A DNA stretch of 64,000 nt, taken from positions 18,910,001-18,974,000 of the forward strand of contig JAGIQG010000024.1 in NCBI GenBank assembly GCA_024679065.1, read 5' to 3'. Position 1 is the stretch's first letter; every line of letters starts with the position of its first letter. A program made the position numbers and the translations under genes. Of the stretch, positions 51,091 through 63,990 are shown piece by piece. The stretch is from Sphyrna mokarran. Taxonomy: Eukaryota. The notes under the pieces are model-generated. The model saw nothing but the letters and a program-made list of their open reading frames with translations. It was not told where the DNA came from and did not search any database.

Positions 51091-51439
51091 TCATAGAATC
51101 ATAGAATCATAGGATGCCCACAGCGTAGAAGGGGTCCATTTGGCCCATCAAACCTGCACTATCAATAATCTCACTCTAGCCCTATCCCCATTACCCCACA
51201 CATTTTTTCTACTAATCCTCTTGACATCGCCCTGACACTCAGGAGCAATTTACCATAGCCAATCAACCTAATTCGCACAGCTTTATTCTGTGGGAGGAGG
51301 CTGGAGCACCCGGAGGAAACTCATGCAGACACAGGGAAAATGTGCAAACTCCACACAGACAGTGGCCCAAGCCATGAATTGAACCCAGGTCATTGGCATG
51401 ACGAGGCAGCGATGCTAACCACTGTGCTACCGTGCTGCC
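51091..51439 (-). mobile_element. HE1 SINE, full length, tail type A
   Basis: (TCATAGAA)n tail, V-domain and head in reverse. Confidence 0.93.
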
Positions 51440-51444
51440 AAAAT

Positions 51445-51697
51445 ATAGAAAAGAACAACTATAGTTTGCAAGTCAGTGGAGGCCTGTATCCCTTCAGCAG
51501 ATTCCCTTTTATTTACAAGATCTGTTATACTTCACAGAGTGTTACAATCTCTAATTCAGCATCCAGAGTGCCAGGATACCAGTCAATCCTAGTTATATTG
51601 ACAACAAAGGCTCCCTGATTGGACAAGCAATAAAGAGGTCAATCAGGGAGTTCATGTTCTAAGCGGCCAATCTCAATGCTTCATTGAAGTCATTACA
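51445..51697 (-). mobile_element. Possible solo LTR
   Basis: Reverse strand starts TGTAATG, with CCAAT boxes and AATAAA; internal inverted repeat CTCCCTGATTG...CAATCAGGGAG. Confidence 0.4.
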
Positions 51698-52954
51698 GGA
51701 GGGTCTTCAGCCACTCAGCTGGCTCTGACCTCTCCCACAGCTGGGATTCTCTGGTCCAGCGAACGGAGAATTGCTGAGCACCAAATTCCCAGTTCTTGTC
51801 AGCAGGGGTAGCGTGAACCGACACAGAATTCCACTCATATCGCACAGATTAAAATCTCAGCACGTGCTGCCATTGCAGTTGGTCTCAGTTGCGTTGAGGT
51901 TTCCCAGTGACCGATGCATACCTGAGGTCATTCTGATGGACAAAACACTCATTCATCACTTTCACTCTCAGCCCACTGGGCTCTTACCTTCCTCTGAGAC
52001 ACCAACCTCTCCGTGACCTGATGATCTGTTCCCTCACTCACCCTCCAGCTCCAGCCTGCCAGTTTATGGCTGCTGAGGATTTCCAGGTTTGGCACTCCCC
52101 CAACGGCCACCCCCTACCAATCCCAATCACTCCCTATTGCTGGCTATGTTTCTCCTGCAAGTCAGTGCAGAGCTCCATTGTGTACTGAAACCTTCACCTC
52201 CAATTCCATACCATATACCTCCCCAGCTTAGATCGTCTCCTGAGAGGGTTGAGAACCTCTTTGGACACCTGATGGACCAAAGGCTGCTGATTCATCTCTC
52301 CAGCCTTGGGACGCACATGCACATGTGTGCTCTGAGACTTCCTGAAATCTACATACACGTTTGCAACCATGTATGACCATCCTTCTCAGTGCCCCATTGA
52401 ACACAATGTCCACTCAGTACTCACCTATGCCAAATGCAGAAGGTTATTGAACCTCTGTCAGCATTAGAACCAGGTGTGCAGAACCAGGTCATGCCTGCTG
52501 ACCTCCATTGCCACCTCAATCCATGCCTTCTTGGGGAAGTGCGGTGGCCTCCTCATCTCATCTCTCAGCATCAAGATGTCCCTCCTTCCTGTTACAGCCT
52601 TCACCAGGACTCTACAGCAGAAGTCTGGAAAATGAGGGCTTGGCTGGCTGCTTGAGTTCCACTCCTGCCTTCTGGGTCTGCCTGTTGTAGCTATTCTGTA
52701 TCATGGATTCAGCAGTAGCCATTGGACAGAATGCCTGCCACATGCCCACACTCCTCCACAGACCCAATGCAGTCGTGATTAGCAAAGGAGCAGCCAGCTA
52801 ATGTCAGGATTTCTTACTGGAATCGGCAGCTCCCAGGCCTGTCAACTGAGTGGGCACATAGTATTTGAAATTCTATCCTCAGAGATTGCTAATAAGTAAA
52901 TGATGGGGTATGTGAGTTAAGCACTGGCTGAGGCTGCTGTTAGGATAAGGCATT

Positions 52955-53243
52955 TAAGTATTAGTGTTACAAGTAGACTTACATTAACACTGCAGTGAAG
53001 TTACTGTAAAAATTCCCTGGTCACCACACTCAGGTGCCTGGTTAGGTACACTGAGGGAAAATTCAGCATAGCCAGTGCACATAACTAGTACGTCTTTTGG
53101 ACTGTGGGAGGAAGACAGACACCCGGAGGAAACCCACGCAGACACGGGGAGAACATGCAGACTCCACACAGGCAATGACCCAAGGTGGGAATCGAACCCG
53201 GATCCCTGGAGGCAGCAGTGCTAACCACCATGCTACGATGCCA
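52955..53243 (-). mobile_element. HE1 SINE, tail type B
   Basis: Reverse tail AAGTAGACTTACATTAACAC, V-domain and B box. Confidence 0.93.
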
Positions 53244-53269
53244 CATTTGAAGGTGCATTCACTGGCCTT

Positions 53270-53491
53270 GATCATTCAGCATGAATCTTCTTGTAGCACT
53301 GTGTACAGATCCTCGGGGCTAGATTCCAGACGGTAACCTTCATGGCTATCTGTACCCATTGTCTTTACATTTGTGCCTGAAGGGTCTCCTAGACCATGCA
53401 GATAAAGGACATCTTTCCTTCTTTCAACCTCCTCTGCCAAGATCTTCAGTGCAGCCATGGGAAACTTGCATTTTCTTCTTTGCTCAGACAA
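53270..53491 (-). pseudogene. Harbinger Myb/SANT partner gene relic
   Basis: RRKCKFPMAALKILAEEVERRKDVLY then, frameshifted, IAMKV...PRICTQCYKKI. Confidence 0.8.
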
Positions 53492-54679
53492 TCTTCCGTC
53501 TTTCCGACATAAGACTCAGCTCATAAAAGATTCCAAGCGCAGAATTTTTCCTGTGAGCTCCAGGACTCCAACGTGGCTGACAGCTGGAAAGCTGATTTTT
53601 GTTTTGTTCAGTTTTTTTACTCAATTTAATAAAGTGCCAGATCTGCCCATTCCCCAGCCTCCATCCTCATTCTGAGGGTGACAGATCTGACTTTTAATCT
53701 AGCACACCATTTCATATACATGGATGTCAGTCTCTATTAGTATATATGTATATATTGAACTGATTTGATATGTTATTTCACATTGCATCTGAAGATGTTG
53801 TATTCTTCCTAAATTTCCATCATGGGGAACACCGTTCTTAACAGCATTCCTGCGCTGTATACCAGTTTTCCTCACTGGTATGCTGCATCCAGGTGAGATC
53901 TTTGTAAACAAAGTAATTTCCTCTGCAGCCTCTTGAGAGTGGATGGTAGTGGTTTGCAAAAATGTTCTAAAGAGGCTTGTGGTCGGACTCCACTATCATG
54001 ATGCCATTCCCAAGCAAAAACAATAGTCAGGCTCTTCTCAATCTGAGCAAGGTACCATTCCGTTTGCGTTAGTGCCCTGGATATAAATGCAACTGGTTGT
54101 CCTGGCTGCTTCAATGTTGCTCCCAGATCCATCTTGCTGGCATCAGACTGCAAGGTGACATCGCCAGTGCCATCACAGTACTTCAGCAATGGCACTGAAG
54201 TCACTGGTGGTTTGATTTGAGAGAACGCTGTTTCTTATTCTGTTCCCCAAAACCACAGAACTTCCTTGGCACTGAGCTTGTGTAATGATCCACATTTGGC
54301 TGACAAATTAGGCACAGACTTAGATAAATAGTTCTGAAATACCATCGCATTTCTTTCATCTCTGTTGTTGCTGCATTACTGCTCTTATTTTCACCTTGTC
54401 AGGATCCAGGCAAAGACCTTTGTCTGTCAACACGTGACCTACATACTTGATTTCAGGTACTTTCAGTTGCAAGATTTTCTTGTTCAGCTTCAGATTCATC
54501 TAATGATGAATCCTTTAGCAGTTGTATTAAATTCTGATCATGGTTAGCTATGCATCATGTCTCTACATCTATAAGCAAATATATCACTGCTCTAACCTCC
54601 ACTCTGGGAGGGCCACTGATTATCTCATGTTTTTTGCATTGATACTCTTCTGATCTGTAGAAATTTCAACAGTATGCTT

Positions 54680-55400
54680 TGGAGTCAGAAACTCCAAAGT
54701 CTTTCATGGAGCCCACCTGGATCGTAACTTGAATTAGGTATGCTTGATAGGTTTCACTTCAGTTATGATTCAAATGACCCACTAGGGAGCTTTTATCAAA
54801 CAAAGTTCATTTAAGAATATGGTTAACATGTATAGTAAGAAAATTAGCAAGAACTCTTATCAATTACAAATAAGAAACAAAACAATCACTATAATGTATA
54901 ACCCTTAACAGACATATCTAATTTGTTCCAATAAAACCAATCCTGTAGACAAAAGACCTTTTTCACAGGTTTAATGCAGCATAGATTAATGCCCACGTGA
55001 TATTGAACTGAGTCCTTTATATGAAGTTTGCAGTTCTCTGGATAGACTCGGAACAGTTTGAAGTCAGAATATCTTCTCAAAACATCAGGGACTTTAGGCA
55101 ATCCACCTGCAGCAGATTCCTCCCACCACCACCACCCCCCCACCTCCCCACCATCAGAAAGGCAAGATCTTGCTACTAGCTAACCAGCAGAATTTCCAAA
55201 ATCAGGGAGAGGGAGAAACTTCTTTTCAGCTTGATGCCCATTCTAAAACTAAGACTCAAACTAAACAATAGCTCAAACTGAAAATGAACTCCTGTCACCT
55301 GACTTACCAACCAGGCTTTCTCATCACAATGCAGAATCATAAATATCCAAGTCAAAGCAAACAAAACCCTCATTTCAGCAGCAACACAAAGACTCTCATG
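54680..55400. repeat. LTR-like repeat homologous to 7700-8330, lying inside the Gypsy relic
   Basis: See feature at 7700. Confidence 0.55.
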
Positions 55401-55969
55401 GACAGCCTGGCAACAATGAGAAAAACAAACTGAAAAAGTTTGTTTCTAACTGCAGAGTACATGATTTTAAAAAAAACTTATTGAAGTTACACTAACATCA
55501 CAATGCACAAATATCCCCTGAACAGCATCCAGAATATGATTACGAAGCTATTACTTTCATCCAGCTTCACTTGCTAGTTACCAACATACACATTGAGGGG
55601 AGCGAATTTCTTTGCCTTGGCAAATTGCAGCAAAATTCCTTGGCCTCGGGTAGTAAAGTGTCCTCGGTGCTTTATTAAGATCCTTTGGGTCTAAACATAC
55701 TTGCAGCTTTTTTTGTTATTTCACTGTTACCAAACTGCTAATTCAGTCTATAAGAGTTATCACTTTTCTGATTCCTCCCTTTTTTTTCAGCTCTTCTGTG
55801 TTGTCCTTTCAGTTTGAGTTTAGGACAGCTGGAATTCATCTCTACACTTACTCAATAGGTCTTTCACTATCTAATTCTGGATGTTATTTTCCTAATAGAC
55901 ATCCTATCTCTATAAACATGTCATTGTACTCCTCTAGAATCTGTTCACTGTCACTGATTCTGTGCACTT

Positions 55970-56335
55970 TCCTTTTCATTTATTCAGGGATGTGGGCATT
56001 GCTGGCTGGGCCAGTATTTATTTTCCATCCCTAATTGCCCTTGAATGTAATAGTTTTCCCAGCCATTTCAGAGGGCATTTAAGAGTCAACCACATTACTC
56101 TTAGTCTAGAATCACATGTGGACCAGACCAGGGAAAGGTGGCAGATTTCATTCCCTAAAGAACTTCAGTGAACCAGATATGTTTTTACAACAATCTACAG
56201 TGGTTTTATAATCATTATTTGATTTTTAATTTCAGATTTCAGTTGAATTCAAATTGCACCATTTGAACCCAGGCCCCCAAAGCATTACCATGAGTCTCTG
56301 GATTACTAGTCACCACTACTCCACTGCCTCCTCAC
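55970..56335 (-). mobile_element. tRNA-derived SINE family X, near full length
   Basis: Tail, body and head (TTTGAACCC, CACTACTCCACTGCCTCC) uninterrupted. Confidence 0.9.
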
Positions 56336-57834
56336 ACTTTGACTCTGTTGATGTGTTCAGGGTTGCCAGTCTAGCTTTAGACTGGCTTCAGCTGGAATGA
56401 GTGGCCATCGTGTTCCGTCGAAGATCTTGGAAAGTTGGACTTTCCTTCTTGCCATTGGGTTGGACTCTTAGGCTAATCTGGACTCTCACTCAGTACATTT
56501 ATTGACCCATCGCATAACTTCAACCTTTCAGTTTTAGATTGCCATGTTGAGTGACTTTGCATAGATCTGTGAAGACGTTATGTTTCTTATTCACTGGATG
56601 TTCTCCTGCGGTGATCATTGTAATAGTTACAAACCATTTATCACCTATAGACTGACTGAACTAACTCCTTGTATTGTGTATAATTCTTCATCAGACTCGT
56701 CCGGTGGCTATCTGGATACACTTGTTTTCCTTTTTCCTGATCGAACACGTGTGTGGAAAATGATCTTGCTTCTTGCAATTGAAGAACTACTTTCCTCATG
56801 CTGGGCAATCCCTCTTTTCCTATACATGCTGTCCTCTACAGTAATTACATCCTGCTCTTTGTCTGCAATAGCTTCTGGACTGTCTCTCAGCATAATATGT
56901 AACCTGGTCTTCTCATCCATGCATGTGCCCTAGCCGATGTTTCATAACTTTTGCATTTTGAAACATATCTAACACTTTCTTCAGCTTCAGTTCCTCACCT
57001 ATCAGTAGATTTGCTCTCACCAAGGGACTTTTCATACCTAACAGCAATTTATTTTTATGTAGGTCATCTTTTAATTCTGAGTTCACACAATTCTGCCAGC
57101 TACATTACTGTCCTCACATACTATTCAATGGTCTCATTTTGTACTTCGAACTTTAGTGTTGAATATATACCTTTCATATGTAACATGTGCTGAGGGTTCA
57201 AAACGTGGAATGTGAAATCTTTCCTTGTCTGTTAGATTTAGAGTAGTATAAACTTTGTAGTAGCCAATTCCCAGTACTGTTAACAGTGTGGTTTTTCTTG
57301 TTCGTTCAAGGTTGTTCATTAAGTCCATTATAATCTCATAGTTTTGCCATTGTATGTGGAAAAACTGTCAAATTTGTTATGATAACCATCCAACATTAGT
57401 GAAGATGGGATTGGAAAATTGTTGCTCAGTCTAGTTTTTTTGTAGCCTTTGTTTGCGTTCCCTTTGTCCTTTTCTCTGCAGTCAATAATTTCACTTGCAG
57501 CCTATGTGTGCTCTTCATTTATCCTTTTCCCTGCAGCCTGTAATTTCACTTGCATCTTGTCCTTTTTAGCAGCTTTTTTGCAGTATTGTACATTTCCATG
57601 TTCCTTCCTAGTTGTGTCTCACTTGCAACCTCACAGCTTTTATCTGATTTTTTTTGTCCTTTTCAGCAGCTTTTTTGCAGACTTTGAACCTTTCTGTGTA
57701 GTTGGGTTCTCTGTGTCCTCTTGGTCCTTTTACAGAGTTCAAAATCAATTTTTATCCACTTTTGTGCACTAAATTTCATTTTAAACAGCAGTTTTCATCA
57801 ATGTGTACCCAGTTAGAGCCTTATTGAACTAACT

Positions 57835-60800
57835 GTAAGACCATAAGATGTAATAGCAGAAGTTGGCTATTAGAACTATTGAGTCTGCTCCATCATACAA
57901 TGAGGTCATGATTAATCAGATAAAATCATCAACTCCACTTTCCTGCCTTATCCCCATAACCCTTGATTCTATTACTGATTGTAAATCTGTCTATCTCAGC
58001 TTTGAACATACCATTTACTACAGTTTACTGCAGTAAAGAATTCTGCTGGACCATTCCCCTCTGAGAGACGAAATTCCTCCGCATCTTTGTCTTAAATGAG
58101 TGATTCCTTACTTTAAGATTACACCCCTGGTTCTAGATTCTTCCGCAAGGGCAACAACCTCTCAGCATTTATCTTATCAAACCTCCCATGCCTCAATCAA
58201 GTTATCTCTAATGAATAGAGGCCCAACCCACTCAATCTTTCCTTGCAAGAAAATCCTTCCATACCTGAGTTCACCTTAATGAATTTTCTCTGGGCTGCCT
58301 CCAATGCCAGTATATCTTTCCTTAGAGAAGAGGAGCAAAACTGTTTACACTATTCCAGGTATGGTCTAACTAGTGTCTTGTATAATTTTAACAAGACTTT
58401 CTACTTATAAACTTCCATTCTTCTGAAAATAAAGGCCAACAATACATTGTATTAGCCAATAGTTACCTGTTTGTTAATCTCCCTCCCCTTTTAAATAAGG
58501 GTGTTACATTGGCAGCTTTCCAATCTTCATGGATTTTCCACACTTTAAGGGACCTTGGAAAATTATTATCAGTGCATCCACTATGGCTGTAGCTACTTTC
58601 TTTAATATTCTGTGATGCAATCCATTAAGTCCAGGGGACTTTTCAGCTTTTAGTCCCATTAGTTTCCCCAGCACTTCATCTCTAATGATAGTTACCATAT
58701 TTATTTCCTCCCCAACAACACCACTATCACCCCCTCCTCCACCCCTCCCCCACCACCCCTCCAACTCCCAACACATATTTGCTCTTTGCTTCTTTAGTAT
58801 TTTTTGGAATATTATTTGTGTCTTCCATCATGAAAATTGATGCAAAATATTTGTTTAACTCCTCTGCCATTTCCTCGTTCCCCATTATTATTTCCCCAGT
58901 CTCATTCTTTAAGGGGCTTATGTTTATCTTGGCCTCCCTTTTGCTTTTTATATATTTAAGGAACCTGTTTTTATATCCTTGCTAGTTTATCCTCATAGTT
59001 TACCTTCTCCCTCTTTTTTTCATCATTTTTTGTTGGTTTTTATAACTTCTTCAGTCTTTTGACTTATCACTACATTTTGTCACATTGTATGTGTTTATCT
59101 TTCAGTATTAATATCATCCTTAACTTTCTTGTTTTGCCATGCTTGACTTATCCCTTCCTAGAATCTTTCAGCCTCACTGGGATATACTCTTGCCGTGAGT
59201 CATGAACTATTTTTATAAATATCTGCCATTGCTAACCAACTGCCTATCCTATTAATCTCTTTTCCTAGTTCACTCCAGCTAACTCTGTTCTCATTCCTTT
59301 ATTATTGTTCCATTTTAAGTATAGTACAATTGTTACTGAATCAAGATTCTTACTCCCAAACTGAATGCTGAATTCTACCATGTTATGGTCACTATTTCCT
59401 AAAGATTCTTTTGTACTGCGACTGTTTATTAAACCTGTCTCATTACATATTAACAGATCCAAAATAGCCTGATCCCTGAGTCCATAATACATTGTTCTAG
59501 GAATACACTCTATGAATTCTTCCTCATGACTATCTCTGCCAATTTGATTTTCCCAATTTACATGAAGATTGAAGTCATCTATAATTAAATTATTGCCTTT
59601 TTTTACATGCTCTTATTATCCCATGATTTATTCTTCATCCAACACAGTAGTTACTGTTAGGGAGCCATTAGACTACTCCCACCAGTGTCTTCTTCCCCTT
59701 GTTTTTTCTCACTTCCACTATATGGATTCTACATCTTCTTGCTATTCTATTTATTCCAGCTTGTACTAACAAAGCAATCTCACTATCTTTTCCTTCCTGC
59801 CTGTCCTTACAAGAAGTCACATACCTTGAATATTTAGTTTATTGCTTTGAAATCCTTGTGACTTTGTCTCTACAATGACAAGAAGATCATATCCATTAAC
59901 CTCAATTTGTGCCATTGATTCATTTATTTTCTGTTGAATACTATGTGCATTTAAGTAAAGAATCCTTAATTTTATCTTGTTATCATTTTTCCCTTTCTTG
60001 ATCCTAATTGTTGGTTTTCTTAATGTTTGTACATTCTGTCCCTTCCTGTCACACTCTGAGTATCATTACCTAAATAGCTGCTTTGTAATGCTGCCATATC
60101 CGTTTACTTTGAAAGCCTACATAATCCCTCTCCAGAACCATCCCTCTCTCTATTTCGTTTAAAGCTCTCTCTACTTCCACAGTTATGTGGCTTGCAACAA
60201 CACTGCACAGTTCAGGTGTAGACCGTCCCAATGGTATCCCACTTTCCCCATCTTCTACCAGTGTCTTATGAAACAAAACTCACTTCTCCAACACCATTCT
60301 TTGAGCAATGTATTAATCCCTCTAATTTTATGTACCCTCTGCCAATTTGCATGTCATTTATGTAATAATTCAGAGATTATAACCTTGGATGTTGTGTTGT
60401 TTAATTTAGTGCCTAGCTCCTCAAACCTTCTATTCAGAAACTCTTTACTCATTCTACCCATGCTGTTGGTACCTACATGGACCACAACAACAGGATCCTC
60501 CTCCTCCCATTGTAAGTTCCTCTCTAGCCCAGAACAGATGTCCCAAACCCTGGCACTGGGCAGGCAACACAGCCCTCTAGGCTCTCACTCCTTGCTAAAC
60601 AGATGAGTACCAATCCCCCTCCCTACACTGTCCCCTACTATCACTATCATCTATGCACTTGAATGGCTTCCTGTCTCGGAACACAATAGTAAGTCAGCTC
60701 ATTCAGCTTGCAACCTCCACTCTCATCCAAACAAGCTGTTGGACAATCACAGAGCTGGCATTCCTGCCCTCTTACTCCTCCTGGAATCCTTACTTGCCTA

Positions 60801-61260
60801 AGCCACAGTTACAACTGGTCAGTGTCCCTGACCACTTTGCAAACCAGAAGATTCTATCCTGAGTGGTGTGACCACCTCCTAAAACAAACCATCAAGGTAA
60901 TCATCCCCCTCCCTGATGTGTCAAAGTGTCTGCAGTTCAGCCTCCAGCTCAATGACTCTGAGCCAAGACTCCGCAAACCGTGACAGTTGCTGCAGTTGTG
61001 CTTGCCTTGGATAACCCCAGTGTCCATGAGCTCCCATAAGCTGCAGCCACAACACATCACCTGTCCTGCCATACTTAAGATCTTTAACTCATGACTTCAT
61101 TATTTTATTCAAGTATTTATTTTCTTTAGACATTAATTAATTGTATCACAACATGTAGGACAAATTTAAACCTTTGGAAAATAGACCTTGACCAGTTATT
61201 TACTAGATACTCACCAACAGCTCATCTCCTCTCTGTAGAACATCAGAACTCAATTCCTAC
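57835..61260 (-). mobile_element. Near full-length CR1 with an internal RT deletion
   Basis: ORF1 start MAGQVMCCGCSLWEL...CSNC, SGNH esterase IVGDSVGRG and VVVHVGTN; endonuclease AILDLL...LGNSDHNMVEF; KSPGLNGLHHRILK; jumps to the ORF2 end near 58450; 3' UTR at 57835. Confidence 0.93.
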
Positions 61261-61509
61261 AGGATGAAAATGTTAGAAAAGCAAAAGACATCCACCCTCA
61301 CATCCATTTCTCACCAAACTGCCACATTCTCCACATGTTTTGGAAAGAGTACATGCTAATGTATGAGAATTAGTTTTCTGGAGTCCCTCAATCCATCGTG
61401 GCAAAGGGCCAGGATGATCAGAACTCGGAAACTCGCCGGCATGCATCACCGTCTCTGGATTTTGAGCAAATGTCACCATTCCTGCAAACAGAGAACGTGG
61501 GCTTAAAAA

Positions 61510-62075
61510 AAATCGATGTCCCGAGGCATGGTACATTGACAAGACCAGGCAGAAGCTATGACAATGGATGAATGGACACTGCTTGACAATCACCACACAG
61601 GAGTGTTCCCTTCCTGTTTCGGAACACTTCAGCAGTCACAGGCACTCAGCCTCTAATCTTCAGGCAAGGGTTCTCCAAGGCGGTCTTCAAGACACACGGC
61701 AATGCAGAATCGCCGAGCAGAAACTAATAGCCACATGAGGAAACCCTTAATCGGGATCTTGGGTTCATGTCACATTACCAGTAACTTTCACGACTTGCCT
61801 GGGCTTGCAAAATCTCACTAACTATCTTGGCTTGAGACAATTCACAGCTCTGTAACTTGTGCTTAACCCTCTCTCCATTCGCGTTGTCTGTACCTGTAAA
61901 AATTTGATTACCTGTTAAGACTCGCATTTCAACCATTATCTTGTCATTGAGTTTGTGTCTATATATATTCTGTTTGTGAAACAAATCCTGCACTCACCTG
62001 ATGAAAGAGCAGCACTCCAAAAACTCCTGTTACCAAATAAACCTGTTGGACTTTAACCTGCTGTTGTGTGATGCT
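61510..62075 (+). mobile_element. Penelope-like element 3' end (GIY-YIG plus pseudo-LTR)
   Basis: CPEAWYIDKTRQKL*QWMNGH...LPVSEHFS...RIAEQKLI...LNRDLGFMSHY; terminal AATAAACCTGTTGGACTTTAACCTG. Confidence 0.9.
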
Positions 62076-62820
62076 TACTGATCAACTGTGGAATAGCATT
62101 GTAGAAGTCCAGCTGACAATATGGATTGTTTCATTCGGATGGCTAATTTGGAAGTCAACCAAAAAAAAAATCTTTCATAACTTTACAAACTCAAGTAAAC
62201 AACACAGTAACAAAAGGATATTAAAATATTTATTTGCATCGTCTGAGAAGGCTGGATGCACTCTAATTGAGTGTAAATTTTTCATATGCCTTATTTTTAT
62301 ATCTTGCTATTTGTGGTAAATATGCAGGCAGGAGCAGTTGAAGCATAGTACCATGTTTTTCAGAATGTTCCCTCACCAGAATATTACCCAGGAAATAAGA
62401 AATTACAGCAACTTCTATCTCCTGTGTAAGTATAGTGCTGACAATCACCCACCCCTGCCACCACACCAATCTCACCACAGGATACCTCAGCTTCCTTTCC
62501 TCCCATCCCCAGCTACTCCCCACATGTCCAGCTAATCCTGACTACCTCACCAGCTTCTAGCTGTACCTCTATCCTGACAGCCATCGTCCAACTAATTGCC
62601 AACTTGCTGACTAACCACGCGACCCCTGATTACAACCCCATCCCCGAGTATAGATATCCATCCCCCTTACTACCCTTCCTACCTCCAAACCATAGCTACC
62701 CCATGACTATCTCTACCCCCAGATACTCCCCTCCCCGATTTAACTTTGACCTTCAAACTGATCACTAAGCCCTCAACCACTGACGATCAAACCCCTCATG
62801 ACCCATCCTGTTCCCTGTGC

Positions 62821-62997
62821 TGACCACTGACTACCCCCATTGACCACCAAACACACACATTAATCCCTCCAACTGACCCACTTGTCCCCCTCCACTGACC
62901 ACTGACTGCCCCCATTGACCATCAAACACACACATTAATCCCTCCAACTGACCCACTTGTCCCCCTCCACTGACTACTGACTACCCCCATTAACCAC
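62821..62997. repeat. 75-bp tandem duplication (2.3 copies) in a C/A-rich low-complexity tract (~62440-63450)
   Basis: 62821-62895 and 62896-62970 differ at 2 positions. Confidence 0.92.
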
Positions 62998-63919
62998 TCA
63001 ACATCCACAATGCCACCTCCCCAGTGATCTGCTCTCTGCCACTGATAATCCGACTGACCTTCAATGACCATCCGATGATGTTAATCACTGCTACCCATAC
63101 TCCCCAACTGGCCACCTGACCTGTCCCAACTCCCAACTGACAACACTCCACCGCCCCACTGACCAACTAACCTTCTGCTACTGATGAACCAATCGCTGTC
63201 AACTGACCACACAAACCTCTCCCCATTGACCATGCAACCACCGTCCCTCACCATCCAACTGATTTCCCTTCATTGACCATCTGCCCTCTCCCCACCACTG
63301 ACCATCCTAACCCTGCTCGACCATCCAAACCCTCAACTATCAATTCCCCCCCCAAACCATCTGATTCCTACTTAGCCATCCAACTCCTTCCCTAACAACT
63401 TGACCCACTCCTATGACTGACCACCTGACCCATCCCCATTTTATCCACTTACCTTATACACTGGCATTTGCAGAAATTTGCCGCCTCACCTGCCTGAGGT
63501 TCATGAGATCCTGCCCAAGGTCAATAGAAAGTTCAGCAAGCCTCACCTGCCCCGATTCTGTGATGGGTGAGGTGGTAAAACTGCAGACATCCTTCTCAGA
63601 ATAACTGGGATCTTTAGACTTGTCTACATTACAGCAGCAAATGTTGTGTAACAGGGGACATGGCTTTCTTTTCACCAGTTCTTCTGCACTCGACTGATAG
63701 CCTCAGTTATGGCTGCACTTGTTCTATTCTCACCTAGCCTGAGTTGAAAGGTCAGGTAGGAAATGTGTAGCTACATTTTATTGTGTGTAAAAAGAAGTGG
63801 AATGACAATCGACTGTGACTGCTAATCTAAGTACCTGAACATGCACATACTGGAGATACAAAGAGAAAACATCAAAAAAAACATGTAAAACCATTAAAAA
63901 ATGATGATTTGGAAAAAAA

Positions 63920-63990
63920 ACAATGAATACTGGAAAAACTCAACAGGTCTGGCAGTATTATAGGGAAGAGAAAACAGTTAACATCCTACT
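63920..63990 (-). mobile_element. Penelope-type pseudo-LTR fragment
   Basis: ACTGGAAAAACTCAACAGGTCTGGCAG...AAACAGTTAAC resembles 35570-35755. Confidence 0.6.

Larger units (their letters stand above)
53870..57800 (-). mobile_element. Decayed Ty3/Gypsy element (gag ~56400-57400; RT/RNase H ~53870-54680) with nested insertions
   Basis: gag TTLLTVLG...VYTTLNL...FEPSAHVTYERYIFN; RNase H VTLQSDASKMDLGATLKQPGQPVAFISRALTQTE. Confidence 0.88.

Noticed and set aside
7700-55400. Two LTR-like repeats as the ends of one giant LTR element
   Set aside because: They are ~47 kb apart, clearly diverged, and enclose unrelated sequence; more simply two independent insertions.
63679-63750. Plus-strand exon-like segment
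   Set aside because: Stops in all three frames.
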